From the NCBI GenBank assembly GCA_010356995.1, contig ML996696.1, forward strand, positions 374,364-438,363: a stretch of DNA of 64,000 nt, written 5' to 3'. How positions within the stretch are numbered: the stretch's first letter is position 1; every line of letters starts with the position of its first letter. The translations under genes were made by a program, and so were the position numbers. This DNA is from Trichodelitschia bisporula. Taxonomy: Eukaryota. Positions 12,101 through 23,890 of this stretch are shown one piece after another. Under the pieces are notes generated by a model. It made no database searches and was not told the origin of the DNA. It saw only the letters and a list, made by a program, of their open reading frames with translations.

Positions 12101-15058
12101 GTTCCTGCGCCTTCAGGTAACGATACTGGCATTCTGCCGAGCGGGACCGGCGCCTCCGCTCCATCGGGGCCGGAGTCTAATAGCTCGCCCTCTCCATCGG
12201 CGTCGAGTGGTCCTATTCCGTCGGTGAATGAGACATCCGGAATCCCGCCAACCGGCATCAGCGCTTCCACGCCATTAGGCCCATCAGGGACGAGGCCGAA
12301 CACAACGCGGCCTTTCACAACAACGACTTTCTTCGTGAATTTGCCGAATGCTTCCGGCGCTCCCATCCCGTCAGGGAACGAGACATCCAGCACCCCGTCA
12401 TCAGCTACGCCGTTCCTAACCGGCGTCCCTACGCCTTCGGGCAACGAAACCGGCCTTTCATCTACCGAAACCAGCGGCCCTGTTCCACCAGGTGTTTCAA
12501 GCCCATCGGTGTCAGGTTCACCAATCCCATCCGAGAACGCAACGACACCTATTAGCCCGTCCGGTACGGGGCCTGCGTCAACGTCCAGCACCAGGACACC
12601 CGGCACGCCTGCTCAGCCCCGGCCGCAGGCCATCCAGCCTCGGCCTCAGCCCGAAGTCAGCAGCGGGATTGCGGTGCCGTCTGCGCCGGCGAATGAGACT
12701 GGTGTTGCGCCGAGCGGGACGGGGCCTAGTGGGATTGCTCCTAGTGGGTCTACCCCCAGTGAGACTGCTCCCAGCGAGATCGCGCCTAGCGGCACGGGTC
12801 CGAGCGGAATTGCGCCCAGCGGAACTGTTCCTAGTGGGGGTGCTCCGAATGGAACTGCTCCGGGTGAGATTGCTCCGAGCGGAACTGCGCCAAGTGGGAC
12901 TTCTCTCAGTGAAACTGCTCCCAGCGGGATTGCTCCCAGCGGCACGGGCCTTAGCGGAACGGCGCCCAGCGGCATCGGACCGAGTGGCACGGCACCTTCT
13001 GGAGCGGTTCCAAGCGCTGTAGCTCCGAGTGGAACTGCTCCCAGTGGCGCTGCTCCGAATGGAACAGCACCTAGTGAAATCGCGCCGAGTGAAACCGGTC
13101 CCAGCGGAATTGCTCCCAGCGGTACGGGCCCGAGTGTAATCTCGCCCAGTGGTACCGGGCCGAGTGGCACAGGGCCGACCGGCGCAGTTCCAAGCGGCGT
13201 GGCTCCCAGCGGTACAGGGCCGAGCGGCAGTTCAAGCGGAATACCCCCAAGCGGAACAGCCCCGAGCGGAACAGCTCCGAGCGGAACAGCTCCGAGCGGT
13301 ATCCTCCCCAGCGGCACCGGACCAAGTGGCGCCTCGCACAACAGCACCGTTGCAACCGGGACACCTCCAAGCGGCGAACTTCCTAATGAAAACAAGCCCA
13401 GCGGTACTCTCCCAACAGGCACCGTGCCGAGCGGAGCGAGTCCCAGCGGCACCGCCCCGCATTTCATCACCCTCACCCTACCCAGCCCCCATCTATCATC
13501 AGGCAGTGGCCGACCCAACTTCGCCTCCACACCCCGCTCAAGCGGCCTCCCCCGCCCCTTTAGCACGCCGTCTGGGTCTGGTTCGTCGGGCACGCCTACT
13601 GTGTCTGGGCTCGGGCCTTTTAGTTCGTCGACGGGGACGGGGAATGCCACGCAGCCCTTTACGACGACGACTTTCTTCGTCAACTTGCCGACTAATGCGG
13701 GGCCGGTTTCGTCGCGGAGCGGGTCGAGTCCTTTGTCTGGTGGGCCAGAAGCTTTGTCGGCTCCGTCCTCGGGAAGTCCGTCTGGGCTTGCGTCGGGAAG
13801 TCCCTCTGGCCCTTCGTCAGAAACTCCTTCTGGCCCGTCGTTGGAAAGTCCCTCTAGCCCGGCGTCGGAAAGTCCCTCTAGCCCAGCGTCGGGAAGTCCC
13901 TCTGGTCCGTCCTCGGGGAAGCCTTCTAGCCCCTCATCAGAAATTCCCTCCGGCCCTTCGTCAGGCAGGCCGTCTGGCACTTCGTCGGGCAGTCCCTCCG
14001 TCCCTACGTCTGGAATTCCATCCGGTCCTGTATCAGAAACTCCCTCCGGGCCTGAGTCGGGCAGTCCCTCGAGCCCTGCATCGGGAAGTCCCTCCAGCCC
14101 AGCATCGGAGAGCCCCTCTGGCCCGTTGTCGAGAAGTCCCTCTGGCCCTACATTAGGAAGTCCGTCCAGTCCCGCGTCGGGAGCTCCTTCAGGACCCGCG
14201 TCAGGAACTCCTTCAGGGCCAGCATCAGGAACTTCTTCCGGACCCGCATCAGAAACGCCCTCGGGTCCTGTATCGGAAACTCCCTCCGGGCCTGAGTCTG
14301 GAACTCCCTCAAGCCCTGCGTCAGAGAGCCCCTCTGGCCCCGCGTCCGACAGTCCCTCCGGCCCTGTGTCGGGCACTCCTTCCAGCCCGGCGTCAGAAAC
14401 TCCTTCAAGTTCTGCATCGGGAACTCCCTCTGGTCCAGTATCAGAAACTCCTTCCGGGCCTGAGTCGGGAATTCCCTCTGGCCCTGCATCGGGTGCGCCA
14501 TCTGGTTCCCCAAGCACCCCAAGCAGCTCCTCTCCATCCAACAGCACCGTCCCGACCACGCCTTCCTCGCCCGAATTCACCAGCCCCTCACCAAGCGGCA
14601 CGCACACCTACACTCCCACCCCCACCGAAACGCCCAGCGAAATAAGCGGCGGCCACTCCTCTCTCCGCCCACGCGAATCCAGCAGCACCTATTCACGGCC
14701 CTGGAGCTTCAGCACCTCGCTCTCCCCCCCGCCCTCAACCGAAGGCTCACCCCTCGAGATCTCACCCAGCAGCACATATAGCCCAGCGCCATACTACACG
14801 CCCGCAGCGTCGACGTTCAGCACTATCGTGTCCCCAGAGACGGACTCAAGCTCTTGGGCTGTGGACATTCCCGTCTCGACATGGGTCGGGTACGCAGCTC
14901 CCTCGTCGACGGTGGACAATCTGGAGACCATGCCAACAGTAACGGATGATACTGGGGCGAGCGAGACGAGCGATACGGCGTTCGCGGATGAGCCTATTGA
15001 GACGGGATTGGCTAGGAAGTGGCGACCGCGGTGGGCGCGGCGGAGGGGGTTGCTTTAG
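9111..15058 (+). CDS. Giant secreted mucin-like Pro/Ser/Gly/Thr-rich repeat protein (~1966 aa)
   Basis: Exon 1 9111-9180 encodes signal peptide MRLSSAFLAGLAVAGATA. Intron 9181-9227 (GTACGT..CTAAC..TAG) joins in frame to the 9329-15058 ORF. Many N-x-S/T sequons; no catalytic domain seen. Confidence 0.9.
12705..13460 (+). repeat. 15-bp coding repeat, pentapeptide (T/I/V)(A/G)PSG
   Basis: Translation shows dozens of APSGT/GPSGI/APSGI units. Confidence 0.9.
13760..14510 (+). repeat. 24-bp coding repeat, octapeptide S(G/E)(S/T)PS(G/S)P(A/V/E/S)
   Basis: About 30 units such as SGSPSGPS, SETPSGPE, SGTPSGPA. Confidence 0.9.
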
Positions 15059-15340
15059 AGGGTTGCAAGAGTTGGCTTAGAATGCGGGATGCTTCACCTT
15101 CGCTTCGTCTGTGATATTTTAGTCAAAAGTTGTGGTTGGTCTTTTTCTTTGCGCAGTTTTGGGTTGGGTTGGGTCTGACGGGAGGGTATGGGTTAATGTA
15201 TTATCAGTTGAAATGCATGGAGCTTGAGATGATACGTGATGTATAGCAGAGCTCATGACTCGTGCAAAGCAGCTGTGTAAGGATGTAAAGTGAAGCGATT
15301 TGTGAAAGACGAGGGAAAGAAGAGGGTCGAGAGACTCTCG

Positions 15341-15384
15341 ATACTAAAATACTAAAATACTAAAATACTAAAATACTAAAATAC
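15341..15384. repeat. Microsatellite (ATACTAAA)x5.5
   Basis: Perfect 8-bp tandem repeat read directly. Confidence 0.95.
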
Positions 15385-16123
15385 AAGATGTGGCCTGATC
15401 CTCCGTGGTTCCTTCCTCTGCTCGATGATCGCGTCATTCCTTGCAACTCAACAATACGATACGAACGAACACCTGACCATATTGGCCTTGAGGCCTTGTG
15501 GCATCTGTGCCCACATCAACATGAGCTTTGCGCGTGCACATGGTGCGGTAGGAATCATGTGCTCAAGTCTAGTGAAATAGGCTTAGATTGCATGAACATA
15601 TCGAATCGCCCCAAGGTGGCCTGCTCGACTCAGTTCCGGAGATACTGGTCATGTGCACACTTACCAGCTCAGCGCTTTGCTCGGCCTGTCATCCACCAAG
15701 CAAAGTCGGAGAAGGAACCAATACAGCAAAGCCGTTAGCAGCCCTCCTCACCTCGGCAATCGCAACCAAAAGAGCAGGCAGTATTAGATATCCTAAGGTC
15801 GATTGAGAGTGTTTTTTAGGGTTACAAGTCCACGCCCATTGTCCGAGCTGAGAAAAGGGCCCATAGAAGAAAGAATTCACCCGAGAGAGCCCGAAGGAAG
15901 CTCCCGCCACCAGGCGCCAACTGTGCAACCTTGATCCCCGCCCACCGTTGACCGAAAACGCCATTCCTCGTCCGCAGAACACGCACACCCGTCAAACTGG
16001 CGCCGACAACCACTCTGGAACGAGGAGGTATCATGACATGCACGCACCGGAGTCCATAAATACCACCCCCCTGCTAAGATAACGCGATACGAACTGTGCA
16101 AAGCGCATCCATAAACAGCGCCA

Positions 16124-17657
16124 TTAGACTCGATGCTTCTCATTCTCTGATGGTAGTTAGTCGCAGTGACACGCTGCGAAGGGATGCTTCTCACCAAGAC
16201 GCGAATAGAGCATGTAGAGCGCCATCTGGTTGCATTCCGCAGTACCAGTGATGGTAACTAAACGCTCGTTGCTGTTGTCCTGGGGCTCGTTGATCTTGAT
16301 CACGCTACCGCTGAGCTGGCGAATCTCGTTGATCTTCGCACCGCCCTTGCCGATGATAGCTCCAACCATATCATTAGGGATATAGATCTGCTGCGTAACC
16401 GGCTGGCCAGCAACACCCTGCATTGCCTGAGCAGGGACAGCTTGAGCAGGCGGGGCACCGCCGTGGGCAGCGCCGTACTGCGCCGGCTGATGAGGTCCGG
16501 CGCCCGAGTAGCCGCGGCCAGGCGAACCAGCTCCGTAGTGGACAGGCGCTTGCGAGGCCGGGAGCGCGGTCTGGTTATGGTTATGGCCATACGACATGGC
16601 GTACGGGTTCGCAGGACCACGAGCGACCGGGTTAGCATGCTTGCGGTACGTTTCAGGGTGACCCCATTGGCCACCGCTCGCCTGGGGAACGTAGGGAACA
16701 ACTTGCATGCCGCCAGGAACAACGCCGGCGGGACCGCCGCTGCGTGTGGCATAGGCCGAGGCGGCAGGGCCCCCGAAACGCTCGTTCAGTTGCTCAACAA
16801 GAGTGCTGCCGACGTAGTAGGCCGCGATGTGCACAGCATCGGCGACACCAAGTATGACGAGGGAACGCTCAGTAGACAGCGGAAGGCACGACTCCGACGC
16901 GTTGAGGCGGGCACCAGATGCTTCCTGGATCTCGCGGATCCGTACGCCTCCCTTGCCGATGATTGAGCCAATAAGGATGTGAGGGATCAGGAGACGCAGG
17001 GGGTAAGTCTTGGACTGCGGAGTGGACGGAGACTCGAGAGACTCTTGGTTGAGAGTGCGGATGATCAGACCGAACGCCTGGAAGGTTAGCGGGAGCACCA
17101 TATCATATATGAAGTCATACCTTTGCAACCGCATCAACCTGACCAGAGACGGTCAAGATGCGTTCAACGGCGCCACGCGTGTAGTCGCTCACGGTGCAGC
17201 GAGCGGCCGACATACGCCGAATGAGGGAAACATTTTCACCACCTTTGCCGATGACAGTAGCAGCTTCAGCGCTGGAGATGATGGCGCGCACGTGCAACCA
17301 GCCCGTCTCATCCTGGTGGTTACCAGTATGCGCATTACGGCCATTTGTAACAGGCGCGCCCGCAGGAAGGTCGGTGTTTGGCTGCACACCGGATGGAGCA
17401 TCGGGGAGGACCGTGTCACCTTGTCCATCAGTGGTTCCGTTCACGGCCTTGGTACTGGGTTCCGTCTTGACCGCTTCCTCCGCGGCAGGGGGCAGCGCTG
17501 CGGCATCAGCTTCAGCGGCGGTCTCCTCATCCTTAAGGACTTTATCGAGGGCAGGACGCTTCGCATCCGGTTGATCGCCACCTCCGGATGGCGAAGATGG
17601 CTCCTCAAGAGGACGCTTGTGCGCCGAAGCGACAGCAGTAGTAGGAGAGGCCGACAT
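16124..17657 (-). CDS. Triple KH-domain RNA-binding protein (Rnc1/Pbp2/hnRNP-K-like)
   Basis: Exons 17657-17121, 17077-16195, 16146-16124. Three GxxG loops: VIGKGGENV, IIGKGGVRIREIQ, IIGKGGAKINEIR; ends LYSRLENEKHRV*. Confidence 0.93.
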
Positions 17658-18874
17658 GCTTGTTGCTGTGTAATTCCTAAAAACTGGAGTGATCAGAGCC
17701 GTGCCCACCGTTATGGGTTCCTCGTTAAATCCGAATCACCAAGCACCGAGCTCAAGCTTCGTCAAGCCTCAGTAAAGGGAAAGAATCTCGTATTGTTGCG
17801 TTGATAACGTACACGGGGGGTGCGTCGCAATGAAACGTGGTGGTGAGGTGCTCGGAGGGGGACGGTTGAAGCAGCGTGTGAGAGTGGATGTGGGAATTTG
17901 TGATGGTGGAGATGTTGTGAAAGGTGTTTCTTCGGTGACTTGTGCTCCACTGATGAATCCACCCAGGGGGAGGAGAGAGGAGAGATGTGTGCGGGTTGTG
18001 CGGAAAGGAGGGAATGTGAGTGCGCCGCCGGTAACGAGCCTTCGCGCAGGAAGACCGATCGGTAGGAAGGTGTATGGGGAACGACGCGATGGAGGTGTGC
18101 TGAGGCGATTGTGCTGGGCCTGTTGAAAGCGGAGAGGGAGGAGGGTGGTGGTGCTGAAGGAAAAGCTAAGTGACACGCTTGGCAGAAACCTTTGAGCTTC
18201 CGCGAACCTTACGGGGTACCTAGGGTGGGTGAATTGCCAGGTGCTAGGGGAGGTTTTGGTGTCGGAAAAGCGAGAGAGGGATGAAATAAGAGCGACAGGT
18301 TTGAAAGTCTTGATGGGAGTGCTGGTATTGGGAGGTAATGAGGTAGTGGGGGGAAGGGAGGAAGATGAAAAGTTTCGGGGGGGGTTGTGGTGTTGTATGG
18401 AAGAGGTGGAGGTTTGCAGGAGAGGAAGAGGAGAAGAGTGGAGAGGAGAAGGTGAGGCAGCTTTACCGGTTCGCTGCCAAGAACACACCGCGAACCTCTC
18501 ACAAGCAGCACGTGACTTTCTGTCAGGCATCTGGACCTTTTGAGATGGGGTCAATTGGCGTTCTAGACCTTTGAGGCTTCATATACTCGAATCCCCCCAA
18601 ACAACTCTCCGTCAAAACAGCTCTCCCTCAATTCAACCCCTCATACTACCTACGTCTACCGCTCGCGATTTCCCACGACTGAATCCCCCGCGATATTCGC
18701 CTTCGCAACGACTTCCACTTGAATGCCATAACCTTATACTTGCCCTACTATCAAACTTTCACCACCCGCCTGCGGCTTGTCATCCATTCGCCAGCCCAAC
18801 CCCCCTCTATTTGGGCGATTCTACCACGACCAACCCAGGTCGCGCGAGTTGTAACGTGAAACGCTACCCCGAAA

Positions 18875-19978
18875 ATGAGTGGACAAGCCCAAGATGCCGT
18901 GCTGGACAAAATCAAGACCTACTCCAACGAAGCTCGCCGTCTGCAGCAGCAGCAGCTGGATGTGGAGTATCCGGACCCCGCTGCCCGTAAGGCGCGGTTT
19001 CGCAGGACAAGTCAAGCGCTGCAGGAGCAGTTGAAGCGACGACAAATAGAATTTGAGAAGGTGAGATCTACGCCAAACCTGCCGGTTACTATCTTTGGGA
19101 TGCGCTAACGGCGAGTCCAGATTCGAGCCTCGACGGGCCCCGCATCTACAGCACCTTCGGCAGATGTGCGACAGCGTATAAAGCAACTTAGAGCAATAAC
19201 TGCCGCATATACGCAACTGACGGCCGAGGCGCCGGATCTTCCGGGGCCAGATTCGCTACTTCCTGCGGTGCTTGCAGCGAGAGTCGTCAACGAGACGATA
19301 ACACAGACCAAGTCGGCCATTGAGACGGTAGTATCGCAGCTTGAAAGCACTGAGCAGCAAATTGAGCAGGAGCAGACGAGTCTCACCGACGCAAAACTCC
19401 TCCATGAAGCGCTGGAGGCGCGGATAACGCGTCTTCAGGCCGCTACACGTGACAAGTCTCAGAAGACGCCTGATCAACTTGCAAGAGAACTCGTGAAGTC
19501 GAAGGAGAAGCGCGAGACTGATTTCAATCGGGAAACTGAGAGACTGCGCCACGCGCTCAATGAATTCATCGATAGCAGACTCGCGGCCATGGTTGCTGCC
19601 GAAGACCTTGGCGGCCCCGTCGTCGGCGATCTGCTTGATATCAGCGACGAGATGCTGGAAGCTGGCTTTTCGAACCACGGAAAGGTTAAGGCATCCAAGA
19701 GATCCGGTGCCAGCGCTGCTCAGAATCAGCGAAGAATTGACGATATGTGGAGTTCTCGACAAGATAGCTCGGAAAGGGATCTTGCTGCGAAGGAGCTGCA
19801 GGAGCTTCTCGATGAGTTGCTTGCAAACTCAGGGAGCTCAGGAACTAGCGACTATGTCGAGCTTGATAGAGACTCAGCTGCAGCTCGGTTTATGGTACGG
19901 GCAAAGGTTGCGCAGTTTCATCCAAAGGACGCTCGCCGGCTGCGCTTAATTGACTTCGGGCGCGAGCTAGACAGCTAG
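18875..19978 (+). CDS. Probable centromere protein CENP-K (Sim4-like) coiled-coil protein
   Basis: Exons 18875-19060 and 19121-19978. Coiled coil, AAEDLGGPVVG, and C-terminal RFMVRAKVAQFHPKDARRLRLIDF resembling the CENP-K C-terminus. Confidence 0.7.
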
Positions 19979-22900
19979 GCGGCTGCGATGAATGAAGTAT
20001 GGATGCATATGCAAGCTCTCAGTCACTACGCACATGAGCGATCGCCGTCTAACAAGCGTTCGATACGGTCCCGTTCTCTCCGCGTCTGTGTCCGGCGATT
20101 TCATCGTGTCGCCGGTCTAGCGCTATCGGAGCCGTCTTTTGCCTTGTAGATGACGGGCCGATGAACTTGTCACAAAGCCCGGGTGCTTCATCGACCCATG
20201 GTCTAACTCCTCTCCTGACCCCTTGACTAAAACCATTACTTCAAAGATCGTCGGCCTCGGATGCAAACGGTGCAACGGGGCAGCTACCTTGCCGTCGTCC
20301 CGGGGTCCAAGCCGTTCGCCACTCGATCCGTCTACCGACCTTTACCTTTGGAGCACATGCAGCACGGTCGGCATATTGTCCATAGAGCCTCGGCCCTAGT
20401 CAAAGCCTCAACCTCAAAAGAACCACCCGGTACAGGCCCAGGTCGATATAACATTGCACCGCCACAATGCACCGCCTCACTGCTTCGATTCTCCAAGGTC
20501 TGGGTGGAACCACCAGATACCCCGTCCCGCATTTGCCTTATCGATCCCCCATGGCGGAGCTCTTCCCGTCCACAGGAAAAGTGCTTTGGCGATGTTTTCC
20601 CTAGACCCTTGGACCCTGACAAGACGCGGCCCTTGATGACCGACGATCCACTTCCCAGCAGCTGATATTGTTAGAAAGAAAAAACGTACGAGTATCGCAG
20701 CAGCGGGGCGACTATTCTACACCTACCACACGGAAGCCGCGTACGAAGTGGCAACTCTGGCGTCAAGCGAACATCTGGGGGGTCGGCAGCAACGTCAATG
20801 CATGCGACAACAGAAGGCGATATGCAGTTTGGCGCATGGGCAGAGCGAAGGCTATGGCCTTAGTTTGGGTAAGCTTCGCGGTCACACGGCGAATAATTGA
20901 GCCTTTCGCTCACCCACGGCTAGGATGACGTAGTTCCCTTATTCTGCTGCTTTGGCCCAGGCCCAGAAGGGCAAAGTGAGCGGGGGATCATACGGTACGT
21001 AGTAAGTCCTTCCTTAATTTCACATGTGGAATGTCCCGTTGTAGTGTAATGTACCATAGGACGATGCCATAGTCGTAATCGAAAGTCCGAAATTCCCTAT
21101 GGTGCCTCCCGTTAGGCCGCTCGGGAGGTGTGGGATTGATTCAGACGCGCCAGATGGGGGTGGACGGTCCGGACAGCGACACTTTTTTCCATGCATCTGA
21201 CTTGTCACGATGCTATTTATCGGGGGATGAGCCAATACGTAGGAAAGGGTTGGAATTTACCCTTCAATGTGCGAACAAATAGCATCTCCCGATTTTGATG
21301 CGCGCCAGAAATGGGATTTCCCTTTGCTTGTGGTACAAACACACTTTCCCTGGGATGGCAAATGTGGAGGTGGAAGGGGGCACGTTAGGTATCTTCAGAA
21401 ATTCTAACCCGACTAGTCGCACACCCGGGAGCGAGGGAGGGGAGAAGCGCGCGCGAGCGAGCGGTCAGCTAGTAGACGATGTTACGCATGCGGGGCTTGG
21501 GACAGCTTGTGAGTCGTGGTGATGAAGGGTATCGCACGTACGCAGTATTCCCTTCCGTTACGGGAGGGCGCCTCCCCAGAATGTCCGTCGTGTCGGCAGC
21601 GATTGTGAGAATCACGCTGGCTCGGGAAAATGGGCCGCTTGGGTGTGGGACTCCGTGAACTCTGGCGAGTGGCGATGCCCGACGGGCGGCCCCCCCCCCT
21701 TCTGCGGATCCCGGGTGCAGTTAGGCCCTTTTTTTCGAAGACGTTACCGGATGCCGCGCATTTTGGAGTATGGTAAAAGTCCGTGACTTTTTAGGACCAA
21801 CGGGTGCGGCATGGTTAGGTGAAGCTATTCAAGGTCCTAGGAGTCTAAGATTGTGGGGGTGTGCGCCTAGCGATTTCGAGTGGAAATGGAGGGCGGAACC
21901 GAGTGGAGATGGTGATTGGGTCAATCTGACTGTGGCTGACAGCAATGACGACATTGTAAACCGCCCTACCGCACTTACAACGTGGTATGCGGACCACCAA
22001 CCACAGTCAATTGGCTTTCAGTCTTTTTTTTTTGAGACACAGCCGAACGGGCAATGCGGAGGTTGCAAGGATATAATCGATTCGGCAGCGATTCGTTGAA
22101 GGATGGATGACGGTAAAGGTGCTGTAATAGAGAGAGAAGAAGGGTATCTCCATCGTCTTTGGGTATGCAGTCAGCGCCATGCGGTGCAGTAACTTGATAT
22201 CCCAAGTCTAGACATATCTTCAAGTGCGAGAATATCCTAGAGGAAGTGGCCTCATTTCTCCTTCATCGTTGTCATCATGACGAGCGGATTGCATGTAGTC
22301 AGTTCACCCTCTGGCGACATTCTGCTGGACGAATCATGCCACATCCCCACATGCCACGAGCCTGCAGCTTTGGTAAACCCACAGGGTGTCCGAGCACGTA
22401 GTACCGTACCGTCTCGGCTTGCTGTCGGCTTGCTGTCTTCTTCGTTCAAACATATCATTCCCGACCACGTCAAATCGCTGATATCACTGCGAAGCTCTGG
22501 TAAGCCTCCTTTTTTCTTTCCTTATCCGCATCGTAACCATTCTACAGTATCTACATCGGTTCGGGGAGAGGGCTGCGATGTACCAACGTACGTCGTAGGT
22601 AAGGTCGAACTTTGCTAGAACTAGAACTGGACCCTTGAGTGATTCGCAAGCCTCTGTTCGATGATGGGATAGACTAGCCGACCCTCCCGCAGTCCCAGAA
22701 TCTCCCAGGGGCCAGGCACCCCAGTTTAGCTTGGTCCCTTGAAAGCTAAAAGGCTTCGGGCCGGGATGGACGTGGGTGGTTATGGTCGTGGTTGTGGCTA
22801 TGCAGAGAGTTCGGTTCATTCTATCCCTTCCTTCTTCATTTCACCTTTCTTTACCGTACCTTGCCGCGCTTCGGGAAATACGATGTACCGTACTCCGTGG

Positions 22901-23470
22901 TTGGGGCTACAATTAGATTGAGTGAGATGCGGCTATTCAGGCCACGGGTGCAGCCTGCATGGCTGATGTGGCTGGATGAGAGAAGGGTATGGGAGAGTGC
23001 GAAGGGAAATGCGCGTCCGTGTTCGATGCCAAAGCTCATATTATTACGGGAAAGCCACTCTTCAAGGTGAATCTTCCATGTTCGTAAACGCGATGTCCCC
23101 TCTTTTAGACTGGCTTGTCTAACCTCACCATATACGGATGTATGCGCCGTCCCCTCCAACCCTTCCTTCCCCCCACTCCTTCACTTCCTTCACTCCACGA
23201 CCCCCCTCCCTCTCCCCCTCCCTCTCAAACACATCTCTATCTCTAGCTCACTTCCCTCCACCACGAAGTTCCGTCCTTTTTTATTACCCCCGAAGCTTCT
23301 TAGCCTTCCTTCCTTTGAAAAAGTCTCCTTACTTAACGGCAAAAAGAAAACTACGGCTCACGCATCTCACTCTCTAATTCTCTCCATCTCCCCATCTCTC
23401 CCCTAGTAACCTAGCCACACATACAACACCGTCCCCATCCACACACTACCCCCTCCCCCCCTCCACTCTT

Positions 23471-23485
23471 NNNNNNNNNNNNNNN
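23471..23485. other. Assembly gap (15 N)
   Basis: Run of N within a C/T-rich tract. Confidence 1.
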
Positions 23486-23890
23486 CCCACCCGTCCAATG
23501 CTCGGATTGTCTACCGTCCGTCATTAAACCCGACATTGAAATCTCTCTTAAAGTCTCTCAGCTGTCGGCCAGCCCTCTTTAGGCCTTGCCCGCCCTGCCC
23601 GTGTCTCTGGCGCAGCTCACTTCAGCCTGCTACCACACCTGTGGCTTGGACCTTTCACTTCCTGAGGCTTAAACATCGTCTACGCACTCACCTCTTATCC
23701 TACACCACCCCACCCACATCTTTTTTTGGGAAGCCTTACCTTTCTCTCCTAACCTTCCCCCCCGACGTCCGCATCAGCTCGTTGTCGTCTTCACTATCAC
23801 TTCCCCGTTTTCACTTCAGGCGCCATATCATCCATCTCATGCGCCAATAGCACTCAAAGGTCCCTTCATAGCACCGCGACGGGCTCCATC

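Noticed and set aside
9832..14607. Long antisense ORFs (323, 514, 653 aa) with GAVPL/PEGLPD repeats
   Set aside because: Mirror frames of the plus-strand repeat gene, which has the signal peptide, intron and TATA box.
15341..15384. ATACTAAA repeat as a telomere or branch-point array
   Set aside because: Not TTAGGG, and lacks the C of TACTAAC; a simple microsatellite.
21770..22099. 109-aa ATG ORF with Trp-rich content and CxxC
   Set aside because: No recognisable family or supporting signals; a homology search would be needed to rescue it.
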